Below are positions 23,953-35,700 of a stretch of DNA of 64,000 bases, piece after piece. The DNA comes from Eledone cirrhosa (taxonomy: Eukaryota). A program made the position numbers and the translations under genes. How positions within the stretch are numbered: position 1 is the stretch's first letter; each line of letters opens with the position of its first letter. Below the pieces are notes generated by a model. The model ran no database searches. It was not told the origin of the DNA and was given only the letters and a program-made list of their open reading frames with translations. The stretch lies in NCBI GenBank assembly GCA_964016885.1, contig OZ024740.1, positions 51,398,001 to 51,462,000 on the forward strand. Direction: 5' to 3'.

Positions 23953-26900
23953 CTGAAAAAGAAATAGTATAGCCATCATGAGTATGATAGTTAAAAAGCA
24001 TCATAAGAATCTGATTCTGAATACAATCAATGTATCAGTCGTAGGCGACAGGGTAATGATATAATGCCATACCCTATGCATAATAACTGAACTTTAATAT
24101 CCGAGACTCGTAGCACCAAGAATTTATGTGAAAATAATTTGTGACTCTAATGAGCTCGTAATGAAGGTGGTCTTGAAGCAGCCACATTTTGTATATTTCA
24201 CTTTAGTGTGACAACAGTTATTGTAATATTTACACTTAGCAACACAAAATTACAATCAGTAAAATTCAACAAACATACCATAAAGTTTCTCTTTTCAGCC
24301 AAAGTTTGGAAGCGACCATTTCCAAATTTACTGGCAGTATCAATGAACTTCAATGTAATCTTCTCCAGAGCTTTACGCTTGAAGTGAGTCAGAAGAGACT
24401 AAAAAGATAAAATGGAAAATTTAGTAACAGTGTCAAGTAATAACAAGTGAAACCATTAATTAAGGAAGGTATTCATTATATTACCTTGCGCATGGTAAGA
24501 ATCCTCTTTCTTGGTCCAACAACACAGCCCTTTAACATTAGGAAATCTTGATTCACTTTACCATAGTGAGGGAAGCCACCAACAGGAGTGATAGACTTGT
24601 CAGTTGGATCATAGTCTGTAGAAGCATTGTTCTTGACCATTTTTCCTTCATGCAAATGAATACCACGGCCAACACGATATATCTTTTTGTTGATCTCAGT
24701 ACGATGGTGATAACCTTTCTGACCAGCTCTGGCAACAGAATACTGGACTCTGCTAGGATGCCAAGCACCGATACAAGCAACCTTTCGCAAGCCCTTGTGA
24801 GTTTTCCTAGGCAATTTCTTGGTATGCCAACGAGAAGTTACACCTGAAAAGAGATATTTAGTAAATATAAGCAACTATTTAAACTCCTAAATGAATAAGT
24901 ACTAGCCGTGTTATAAATAATAGAGAGTACATATTAAAAGAAAACTGACCTTTCATGCCCTTCCCACGAGTAACACCAATAATATCAATCAATTCGTCTT
25001 GTTGGAAGACATCAGCAATAGAAATTGGCTTCTCCAAGTTGGCTCTGGCCCATTTCACTTTATCTTCAGTGGTACCACCGTTCAGTTGAATCTCAGATAT
25101 ATGTGCCTTCTTGGTGCGTTTCCTCAATTGGCGAATCTAAAATGGAAAATTAGTATTAGTAAATACGTTTTCAAAATTAGACCTTAGTTAAGTTATTTGA
25201 TAACTTAGGCTTATCTATGAAAATGAAAAAACATACTAAGCTAATTATAAATTTAACCTTCTTTAATTAATGAAGAATTTCAAGAGATCTACTAAAATTA
25301 TTAACTATTTCATTAGTGAGATAGTAAACTTTAATGTAAGGTTCATATATAAAATTGTCGAAAGATTTTAATTTATATACGAAATCATTAAATAGAACCA
25401 GAGCCGGTTTGCTACTAAAAGGTAATGAATGTCAATACTTATCTCACCTGCGTATGGACAATAATCCTAATAGTGTTGCAATAACGGATCATCTTCTGAT
25501 AATCCTTTTCAATACTCTTCTTGCCAGCTTCATCCAGGTACTTCTTAGCGTATTTGGTGTATGCCTTCCTCTTGGAACGGGACCTTCAATGTAGGAGGGG
25601 AATAAGTAGCAAGCCTCATCACTGACAGTGAGCGGAGACTCGTTACATCAAGCAACTCAGCTCAGTCAGACCAGCCGCCGACACACATACTAAGTACTTA
25701 AGATATATCACACTAAGCTGATAATGTAACATTAAGTAACTAGCATATGCATTGAGGGCCAGTTGAGAGGAACTATACCATTGCTTAGCTGCAGACATCC
25801 CCTGCATATACGCGGTATAGTGCTAAAAGAAAAGCCAAGACAATTTAATACACATATATACCGTATACACTCAATAAGCAGACCCCTATTTTGTCTGACA
25901 AGTAGGCAAATATCCAAACCCCCTTAACAAGCTGACACAGCGAGAGCATGTTTTATCTTCGTAATATAAAATAAAAAATGCGTTGTAATGTGCGCAATTA
26001 GTTGTGCGACCCAGACAACACATGCGAGGCATGTGGTCCTCGGGGGTGGGGGGGGGGACACCCCTCAGTTTGAAGTATATTAGTTTTGTAACTATATTAC
26101 TATTAATATTTTACCAATTTCCCATCGCTTTGAAGACCATATTCATTCAAAATAGAAAATATGAAACTTTCTAGTACCCCATTTACATAGAATTTTGAAG
26201 TCGAAAAATATTTTCAAAATATATCTATATATAAATACATACGGTATATGCATATTTGAACAATAACCTGAATTTGTTAACTCACCAGTTCTTATAGAAA
26301 CGACGCCTGCACTCTTCCCCAAGATGTTCAGCGAAGATAGACTTGAAAGCACGTGGACCACGTGGGGTATCGATGTAACCAATGATACCAATACAAACTA
26401 CAGGTGGGCATTCAATAATAGTGACACCTTCCAATACTTCTTTTTTATTGACCTCTGAAAATTAAGAAATGGTGTTAGTTGGTTGCTCCAACAAAATTAC
26501 GCCACAATTTTAGCTACTATCGGAGATAGCCCATTGAGAATTTACGATCGTTCGGCCATTTACAATTTTATACTTGCATCAAAGATATTTTTACTTTTTC
26601 GAAACAACCTATAACTACAAATAAAGAACTCACGATCGAATGTAAAAAATCTCATTTGACTTGAAAGCATGTAGAAATGTTTTATCGGAGCTTCTAAATA
26701 AAAACTACCGTAACAATATGTAAATGCATAGAACAGCCACTCATCCCGATTTCAGTGGGACATTTCCCCCCGAAAAACGGAGTAGATGAGTTTACAGATC
26801 TACACATTCGTGTTAATAGAAAACTTTTTCATCTGCCTTTCCACGTGTAATCGTGGAATCTCGCTAACCCTAATCCTTCCAACATTTATCGTGAGGTACG

Positions 26901-28083
26901 TTAAAAAAAATATATATATATATATATCACACGAAAAAGAGCCCCCACCTCCATATGGGGAGATCCTTTGCGGCATGTTCTACTAGTTGATAACAAAAGA
27001 AAAATAGGCGATATCCAATTTTAGTGGACTAAATGCTGCTTACTTCAATGTATGAGGCTATTCCAACAAATTTACATTCCCTTTTTTTTTTTAGCCGTTA
27101 AAAGAAATATAGATTTATTTGCCACTAGAGCATTAGTCGGGGGAAGTTTTTACAAAAATTAGTAGAAACATTTGAGTGATTAATAAGGAATATAAAAAAT
27201 TAAGTCCTCAATAGAGAGGCAGCCTTTTGGGGTCACACACACCGCCGTAGAAAGTGTGCGACCTTTCTGCCATACTTGATTTTTGTAAAAACTTCCCGCC
27301 TAATGCTCTAGTGGCAAATAAATCGCAAAAAAAAAAAAAAAAAAAAAATACAATAAATCTATATTTCTTTTAACGGCTAAAAAAGGGGGAATGTAAATTT
27401 GTTGGAATAGCCTCATACATTGAAGCAAGCAGCATTTAGTCCACTAAAATTGGATATCGCCGAAAAATATTTTGCACTGAAACCGAGGCGGAGTGCTTTT
27501 CCATGAAAGCGAAATTTCAGTTTTTCAGAATCTAAATTATTTCTGCAATAAATTTGCTGAGCTTAATTTTTTTTTTCATGCATAAAAAATTACAGTAATG
27601 TAAAATAATTCTTTAAATTTAAATTATTTAAGTCCACTGTAGGAAAGTGCAAAATTTACTATAATTAGTGGCACTATGAAAGTAGTCTCTTCACACGTGG
27701 CCGACATTCGCCATCTTGGCAGATATCACATCGGCGACAATCATATGCTAATATGAGATTAATTATTCGAAATCTAACTTACTTGAACCAGGTCTGTCTA
27801 CTTCACGAACGATGTGAGTCATCCCAGCCTTATAACCCATAAAGGCGGTTAAATGAACAGGCTTTTTGGGATCATCTTTTGGAAATGCCTTTATTTTACC
27901 CTTGTGACGTTGACTTCTCTTTTTAGGCAGAAAGCCTTTAGAACCATGCCGAGGAGCTGAAAATTTACGATGAGACTGAAATGATAAAAAAAATAATAAT
28001 AATACAATGAGTCTTTTGAATAATATTCTCTCATAAAACTAAAATAAAAGTTAGTCAGAAGCTGCCAGGAGTCAACTTACCAT
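23911..28083 (-). CDS. RPL3: 60S ribosomal protein L3 (uL3), 8 coding exons, 402 aa
   Basis: Exons 28083-28081, 27975-27783, 26454-26286, 25583-25448, 25136-24950, 24843-24485, 24398-24279 and 23952-23911. All introns are GT-AG and the CDS totals 1209 nt: [13 protein letters not shown]...[13 protein letters not shown]...[13 protein letters not shown]. Confidence 0.98.
24018..24160 (-). ncRNA. Candidate intronic box H/ACA snoRNA in RPL3 intron 7
   Basis: Hairpin - H box ATATTA (24100-24095) - hairpin (TCAGT/ACTGA and AGGGTA/TACCCT around an internal pocket) - ACA (24023-24021); ~140 nt. Confidence 0.65.
24279..24398 (-). CDS. RPL3: RPL3 exon 7
   Basis: [38 protein letters not shown]. Confidence 0.97.
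24485..24843 (-). CDS. RPL3: RPL3 exon 6
   Basis: [30 protein letters not shown]...ILTMRK. Confidence 0.98.
24950..25136 (-). CDS. RPL3: RPL3 exon 5
   Basis: [13 protein letters not shown]...[13 protein letters not shown]. Confidence 0.97.
25448..25583 (-). CDS. RPL3: RPL3 exon 4
   Basis: [18 protein letters not shown]...[12 protein letters not shown]. Confidence 0.96.
26286..26454 (-). CDS. RPL3: RPL3 exon 3
   Basis: [22 protein letters not shown]...[15 protein letters not shown]. Confidence 0.97.
26728..26983 (-). ncRNA. Unidentified structured intronic RNA candidate in RPL3 intron 2
   Basis: 12-bp terminal stem with one bulge, enclosing at least five hairpins; mismatches read as G-U pairs on the minus (sense) strand. 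Confidence 0.45.
27007..27461. mobile_element. MITE with ~150-bp TIRs (Merlin-like) in RPL3 intron 2
   Basis: GGCGATATCCAATTTT...AAAATTGGATATCGCC termini; 8-bp TSD GAAAAATA (26999-27006 and 27462-27469). Confidence 0.9.
27694..27718. promoter_or_regulatory. E-box (CACGTG) and YY1-type site (CGCCATCTTG) in RPL3 intron 2
   Basis: Exact motifs ~400 bp downstream of the predicted TSS; both are common in ribosomal protein gene regulatory regions. Confidence 0.4.
27783..27975 (-). CDS. RPL3: RPL3 exon 2
   Basis: [21 protein letters not shown]...[18 protein letters not shown]. Confidence 0.97.
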
Positions 28084-28099
28084 AGCTGCATACAACAAC

Positions 28100-28142
28100 T
28101 GCGGAGAAAAGAATGAGAATTCACGCGCTGTGCCTTTATATA
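28100..28142 (-). promoter_or_regulatory. RPL3 core promoter: TATA box plus polypyrimidine TCT/5'TOP start
   Basis: TATATAAA at 28142-28135 and TTCTTTTCTCC around 28111, 28 nt upstream of the ATG. Confidence 0.8.
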
Positions 28143-28537
28143 GTACAGTGCCCGGATTACCCAGTTCACAAGAGTTCGAGATTTAAGAACGAGAATTTGA
28201 TTTGGATATTTTTTTAATATAATCTTTATTAAATAACAGTTTATATTGTCATTTTTATAATAAATATTATTTAATAGAATCTTTAAATTATAAAACAATC
28301 ATGATTCTAAAGTATAAAAAGGATTTAAGAACCCAAATTAAAATTTAAATTTAAATAGAATTTTCGTATAAAAATAAGTTATTTTTTATTAATGTCTTAA
28401 ATATAGTAACAATATAATATCAGAAATTCAATATAATATTTTAGAATTACTTACAGTCAAATTATATTAATGCTGAAAATCTTGATTATATCACTTAGCT
28501 TTGTTTTCTTACAACCTTGTCGTTCAGGGTTGGCAAA

Positions 28538-28634
28538 ATGGTGGCAGACGACGTCATTGACCATGATCTTCCTTATAACAAATTCATTTTCAGTATTTTT
28601 AAGATCATAGATAAACCTGTGACAGCTTTTCGAG
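28538..28634 (+). CDS. NDUFB10: NDUFB10 exon 1
   Basis: MVADDVIDHDLPYNKFIFSIFKIIDKPVTAFR; donor GAG|gtaaat. Confidence 0.9.
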
Positions 28635-29725
28635 GTAAATTTCATGATTTTATGACTAAATTCGTTTAATTTCAATTGTCAAACATTGACTTTATTTACG
28701 TAGAAACTGTTTGTTGTTCTGATTTTGCCCTTGACGCTGGAAGGGTTATTTTTTGTTTAATTCTATTCCAGTTAAAAATCTGTTTATTTTCTTATTAGAA
28801 GGAAAATGTTATTAAATAGCTGCATAAATTCAATTTTCAATACCATCTTCCAATAAGGTATTTTCAATTCATGTGTCATTGGTTTAAAATATACATAGCA
28901 AGCTAAGGACATGTTTGTTTTGTCAAGTCAAAACAGACACACACACTGTTCTGTAAGTTAACAAATATAACATCAATATATATTCTATAATACAATTTAT
29001 TTTAAACGTTCCATGTATATTTACAACCAGATCACTAACCTATTCGTCAGTTACCACCACCACTTTGAGGTATTTTCTGATACTGTAAAACATGACCTTA
29101 AATTTTGCGGTAGCCTCGTTGAAAAAGTATTGCTCTATCATATTTATTCTCAAATAAATTTTCAAAATATTTTAGTTGGAAATAAAGAGAAAAAAAGTTT
29201 CTGTTTAGCAAAAATACATCCTTCTAAAATTAAATAGCTATAAATTGTTTTCTATTCACAACACTTATTATTACAGTCCCAATTTCATTTCCAAAAGTGT
29301 AATCAATAAATATAAATCTATGTGTGTATATATATATAACATCATCATCACCGTTTTATGTCCGTTCTTCCACGCTAGCATGGGTTAGACGGGTTGTCTT
29401 GTGGGCAGTGTCCTGTGTCGGCTGACCTTGTCTTTCTAATACGGGAACTGATTCTAGCTTGATTTCTACAGCTGGATGCCCTTCCTAACACCAACCTCAT
29501 TTACAGTGAGTGCTGGGTCCTTTTTTCCGTGGCGCCTACACGACCACTTTGCAGTGGAATGATAGGGACTCCAGTCCCATCATCTCATTTCTACAGCTGA
29601 GTAAACTGGAGCAATGTGAAATAAAGTGTCTTGCTCGAGGAAACAACACATCAGCCGGTCCGAGTATTGAACTCACAACCTTTCGATTGCAAGCCCAATG
29701 CTCTAACCACTAAGCCATGTGCCTA

Positions 29726-29757
<32 letters not shown>

Positions 29758-32700
29758 TAAATATATATATGTGTGTGTATGTATTTACATATATATATAT
29801 ATGTGTATGAGTATGTGTATATATATATATATGTGTGTATTTATATATATGTGTGAAATTTCCCTCATTATACCTTGCTGGTATAAAAAAATAAAGAATA
29901 CATTGGATAAGCATGTCTCTAAGATTGTCAAAAAGGCCGAGGGTGTCTTGGCATCACTCAGCAAGACCTTTGTTAGCCGCTCTCCAGCCATCTATTTAAA
30001 ACTGTATACAGCTATGGTACGACCACACTTGGAATTCGCATCATCAGTCTGGAACCCCTATCTTGCTCAGAACATTGACCTCCTAGAAACTGTTCAGAGA
30101 CGTGCAACCAAGCGCATACCCTCCATCAGACACCTACCATACTCTGAATGCCTTGCTTCCCTGGGCATGGATTCATTGAAGCTCCGACGTCTGGCAATGG
30201 ACTTGGTGAATACCCACAAAGTTATTAACCATCTCGCCAATTGCAACCCTGAGCACCTTTTTGATCTCCATGTGTCTAACACACGTGGACATGCCTACAA
30301 AATCAGAAAACAGCACAGCTCCCATGACTTTCATAGACATTTTTTCACGCTCAGAGTTGCTGAAGCATGGAACAAACTGCCTACGTCAGTTGTTAGCTGC
30401 CGAGACACTGCATCCTTTAAGACACTCATGCTTCCCGAAATACGCCAAAACTACACCTGATGTACCCCTTCCATACACATGCACACGTGTGTATCATGAC
30501 TCGTGCACTGTTCATTTTACTGATGTTTGTACATTGCCCTATGTACTGTACATGCACTTTTTGATGAGTTGTGGTGCACCTGGGCACTGTACACAATATT
30601 TCATTATTATTATTATTATTATATCATGACTCATACACTGTTTATTTTCCTGACATTTGTACATTATTCTATGTACTATACATGCACCTTTGATGAGTTG
30701 TAGTGCACTTGAGCACTGTACACAATTATTTCATTATTATTATAATGCTGTATTAGGTATACCTGTGCCTACTTAAGTAAAAAGAAAATAAACAAGATAG
30801 TCACAACTGATATATTTTTGACCAGTAGCAGACCTACGCAATAATCTTAGAGGTATGAACGGTAAAACCAACTGTAAATGTAGAGAAACAAAGTATCATA
30901 AAGTATTTGTTTAATTCTATATCTTGCTGTGGCTAAACAACAATACCATAGATTTTGTTATACTCTTCATTTGATGCTTTGATATATATATATTTTTCTT
31001 TTCTTATTTTTGTATTTAGAAAAGATTGTCGAGCCAATTCAAAGTAAGAATAAACACTATTTTTATCACCGTCGGTTCAGAAGAGTGCCAACCATAGATC
31101 AGTGTGAATTTAGTGATCCAGCATGTATGTTTGAAGCTGATCAACAATTCAAACGTGACCGGTATGTTAAAATTGAGGTGTTTATTCTGTTGCTTGATTT
31201 TTTTTTTTTTTTTTTTTTTTTTTCTGGAGAAGTCTGAGTTTTAAGGGTTCATTTGGGTGGAAAGTAGATGCCTTTCCTATCATTAACCACTTTACAGCGT
31301 GTACTGTGTTTATCGTGTGGGTCACCAACACTAGAGAGGTTGTCATACCATGACATGACTGAAGGATCTTCTCAACCCTCACTTTTTTTTAGTACTGGCA
31401 TATTCAAAATTATAGTCTCTTAATTCTGTAACTATAAGACTTTGTTTGTTTTTTTGGCAGTTTGTGTCACTATGTAGAATCAAAATAATCTTCTAGAGAT
31501 CATACTCTAGTTTCATTTCACTTCTGTTAAAAAAATGTGTCATAAAAGTTCTTCTTCCCTTTCAGTTACTATATTTTAGGTAATTTAATAAATATAATTA
31601 GAGGACATTCATCTTGATTTGTATCAGCAAATGTTTTATTTAAAAAAAAAAAAAATTAATGAAGGATTCTAGCAAAACATTGGATATTTCTTTTCTTTGC
31701 AGCACACTAACAGATCTTAACTTTTATTTATATATAGTTATCAGGATCAGCATCATAAATCTGCTTGTATGAGTTGAATAGTGGTTGTTGGAGCCCATGT
31801 CAGTCCTTATTGAGAGTTACTGCCCCCATAGATAGGTCACAGGACCATGTCTTGCTTGGATGGTTTCTATGACTAGATGCCCTTCCTAACGCTAATTATA
31901 TATATTTATATCATAAAATGGGCACGAGCATATCTAATGTTAGTAATGATGATCATCAACACTTAACATTTGTTTTCCAAGCTTGCATGGGTGAGATGGG
32001 CTGTTACATACTGTGGCTAGACTGCTCAGGTGACTATATTTTGTTTGGATGCTCTGTTTTAGACTTGATTTCAATAGCTGGTTGTACTTCCTTCACATCA
32101 ACCACTTTATAGCATATACTGGGAGCATTTCATCATGACTCTGGTACTACCACCTTCCAAGATGGACCATGTTCTTTTAGTTGTGGCACCAGCACTTGCT
32201 AGGTGGAGTTGGTGTTCTTCATCATAGCACCAGGACAGCCATCTTAAGACATTTTAATTATAGTGACACCCTTATTGAGGAGGAGGATTATTTTCTCAAT
32301 GATTAATTCTGGTCAACAAAGGCAAGGGAGAACCTCAAAATTTGAATGAAGATTAATTAAATATGGAATGTAGTGAAATCATGTTACTGCAGTTATAGTC
32401 CAATCCAATCCAGGACCTTCTTACTCCTGATTAACCTCTACCACTTTCTGTTTGGTTTTGGTTGTGTCAGGGGTGTAACCATACTCACCATGCTTGGCCA
32501 ATTGCAGGTTGGTGAGGCTGTTTAACCCATAATTGGGGTGGATGGCCATTAACTCTGAGGAGTTCATTTGCCCTTTTAACAACTCTTGTTTTTTTTGTGT
32601 TTCAGCGATTTCAGATCAGCTCCCACCACCTCCACCCAACTTTTCCTTGGTCCTCTTCTTTTTCAAGTTTCCTTTCATCATCCATATACATCACATGTCC

Positions 32701-35700
32701 ATAGCAACATAGTCTTCTCTCTTGCACACTACATCTGATTCCTCCTATACCTAGTTTTTCTTTCAATTATGCATGCTTCGTTGTTCATGCACATTAATAT
32801 TGCAAATCCATCGAAACATGCTCACTTCATTGCTCTCCAGCCTTCACATATTCACTGCCCATGTTTGCACTACCATGCAGCATCACACAACATGCAGCCA
32901 TCATACAGCCAGTCAATACTTTAACTTTATCATATTCTAATTAATCATTTTAATGTTTTTCTTTTTATAGTCTTTTTTTTTATATATATTGTTATATTGG
33001 TTTATCTTTACAGAATATTGAATGTAATATTTAGTATTCCCCATATTTACCAGCATAAAAAAATGCACCCTTATTTTATGTTGCTAAATTTTGAGAAAAA
33101 AAGAGGCCTATGACTAACATAGCTTTCAGCCTTTGTGACATAGGGTAAATTTCCCTGGCTTATTTTGGGGGAAAAAACAGCATCTTTCATGCTGAGAGGT
33201 ATGGTAGTTTAATACTATAAATGCAGTTCTCATGAAAAATTAAATATTGTTTACCCAACTGTTTATATTATTTTTTAATTTTATTTCTAAATTTATAATT
33301 TAAAATTTTCAGGAGCGTTGATGCTAATATATTAAAGATTCTTCGTAAACGAAGGATGGAATGCATTATGTATGAAGGTGCAAATGCTCCACAAAAATGT
33401 CAAAAGGTTGCTGAAGATTATGAAGAGGCTACTACTAACTTTTTCATAAAATGTAAGTTAAATTTGTATTATTAAATTATATTTGGCCATCAAATAAGCA
33501 GCTATATTTTAAAAAGGTTTTAAAATGACATTTATTTAGTTTGACTTGTTTGACATTGCAATTACATTTTAGTTCTTTCTGAACTGCAAAGAATTATGGT
33601 CATATGGCTCACTGGAAGTTGCTGAAATTCTACATTAGAGGTAACATAAATTGGAGGTTGAACTAGCGTTACCAGAATTAATATGAAGCATTGTGAGATA
33701 TGTAACAATTGATTGGTGAGACCTTCAGAAAGCCTGTACAATGCGGTAGATATATATAAAGGGCAAAGAATGACAAATAAAACAAAACATGATATTTCAG
33801 GGCTAGGACCCTCTTTTCAATGCAAAACAAAAATTATGAGGATGATGTTAAAGTGGTTAGCTGTTAACTTACAGGAAATATAATTTTATATTGATGATGC
33901 GTAAAGCAAACAATTATTTAGATTCATTGTGGGTAGAAAACGATGCTATAAGCTTTTCCGGGTGGGAAATGACAATGGGCTGGGTGGAGTAGGAATCATG
34001 GTAGCAGAAAAGTGGGCAGATAAGATAATAGACGTAAATAGAGTGAACGACAGAATAATTAAAATAAGACTTGTCCTCAATAGAACTACGGTGACAGTAA
34101 TATCCGCGTACGCACCCCAATCCGGACTGCCCAGCACTATAAAAGACAGATTCTATGAGACACTGATGTTCACTACCTCCCAAATAACCGACAGTGACTA
34201 TATAATTATTGCGGGCGACCTAAATGGTCACGTTTGACAACATTGTGACGGCTACAACGAAATCCATGGAGGCTATGGGTTTGGTACTAGAAATGAGGAA
34301 GGCTCCAGAATCCTGGAATTCTGTGACGCAAATAACCTAACTATCTGCAACACTAACTTCAAAAAACGAGACAATCACTTGATCACCTACAGATCAGGGG
34401 AACATACCAGCCAGGTAGATTATATCCTTACCAGAAGACGTGACAGAGTGACTGTTGTAAACACTAAATCCCTCCCCCATGAAGAATGCACCTCCCAACA
34501 TAGACTGATAATTAGCGACCTAATAGTCAGGACGAGACGTACTAGACAACAGAAGAGGACTATCCTCAGGAGAAAAATATGGAAGCTAAAGGACCCCACA
34601 GCCAAAAATAAATTTCAAAGCATATTACTTGATGCTTTCGACAGTAAGGAAGAGCATTTAGAGTCGGACAATATAGAGGGAGAGTGGGAATTTCTGAAAG
34701 CAAACCTGCTGATGGCGACAGATGAAGTCTGTGGCTGGAGCAGGCCTGTTGGCAGGAGGAGAGTAACTTGGTGGTGGAACAGTAAGGTGGAGGAGTCAAT
34801 CAAGGCCAAAAAGCAGGCTTGGAAAGTATGGCGGGATGGGGGAAGTAGAGAAGACTATCAAGTGGCCAGGAGGGAAGCTAGGAGACAAGTGTACTTCGCA
34901 AGAAGGGAAGCAGAGGAAAGAAAGTTCAAGCATGTTCTACAACGCGAGGACCAAAAACGTGAGGTGTTCAGGATTGCTAGGCAATGTGTCAAGGAAAACA
35001 GTGATATTGTCGGGGAGAAGTGTGTACTAAATGATGATGGCGTACTTGCCATCACCGACGCTGATAAGAAGGTGGCTTGGAAGTGTCACTATGAAAGGCT
35101 ACTAAATGAGGAGAATAAATGGGAGAAAGACAGTCTCCCCCACATCGACCCAATAGAGGGACCAGCAGTGTTAGTCGAGGGTAGTATAATAAGTAAGGCA
35201 ATCAAAGATATGAAGACGGGTAAGGCGGCTGAGCCTTCGGAAATAGTTGCCGAGATGCTGAAGGCATCTGGTACGGTGGGACACACCATGGTCACCCGGA
35301 TAGTCAACCAAGTCATATAGAATGGGGCTGTTCCGAAGGACTGGCGTAGCAGCATCATCGTTAACTGTTATAAGGGTAAAGGAGATGCCCTAGATAGGAG
35401 TAACTATAGAGGCATTAAATTAATCGACCAGGTCATGAAGGTCACGGAAAAAGTAATAGCGCAACTAATCAGAGAGCGAATTGATCTAGATGAAATGCAG
35501 TTCGGGTTTGTGTCAGGAAAAAGTACCACAGACGCTCTCTTCATTGTACGACAACTACAGGAGAAGTACCTAGCTAAAAGTAAACCCCTATACTTAGCTT
35601 TCGTCGACTTGGAGAAAGCCTTCGACAGAGTCCCCCGTTCCATTATCTGGTGGGCTCTTAGAAAACTAGGTGTTGATGAATGGCTTGTGAGAGCTATACA

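Noticed and set aside
25610-25630. CAGTGATGAGGC resembling a C-box start of a C/D snoRNA
   Set aside because: Lies ~30 nt from the 3' splice site with no downstream D box inside the intron.
26865-26874. CTAACCCTAA as a telomerase RNA template
   Set aside because: Only a 10-nt match, antisense to the host gene; no convincing downstream pseudoknot or H/ACA domain, and the G-U pattern favours the other strand.
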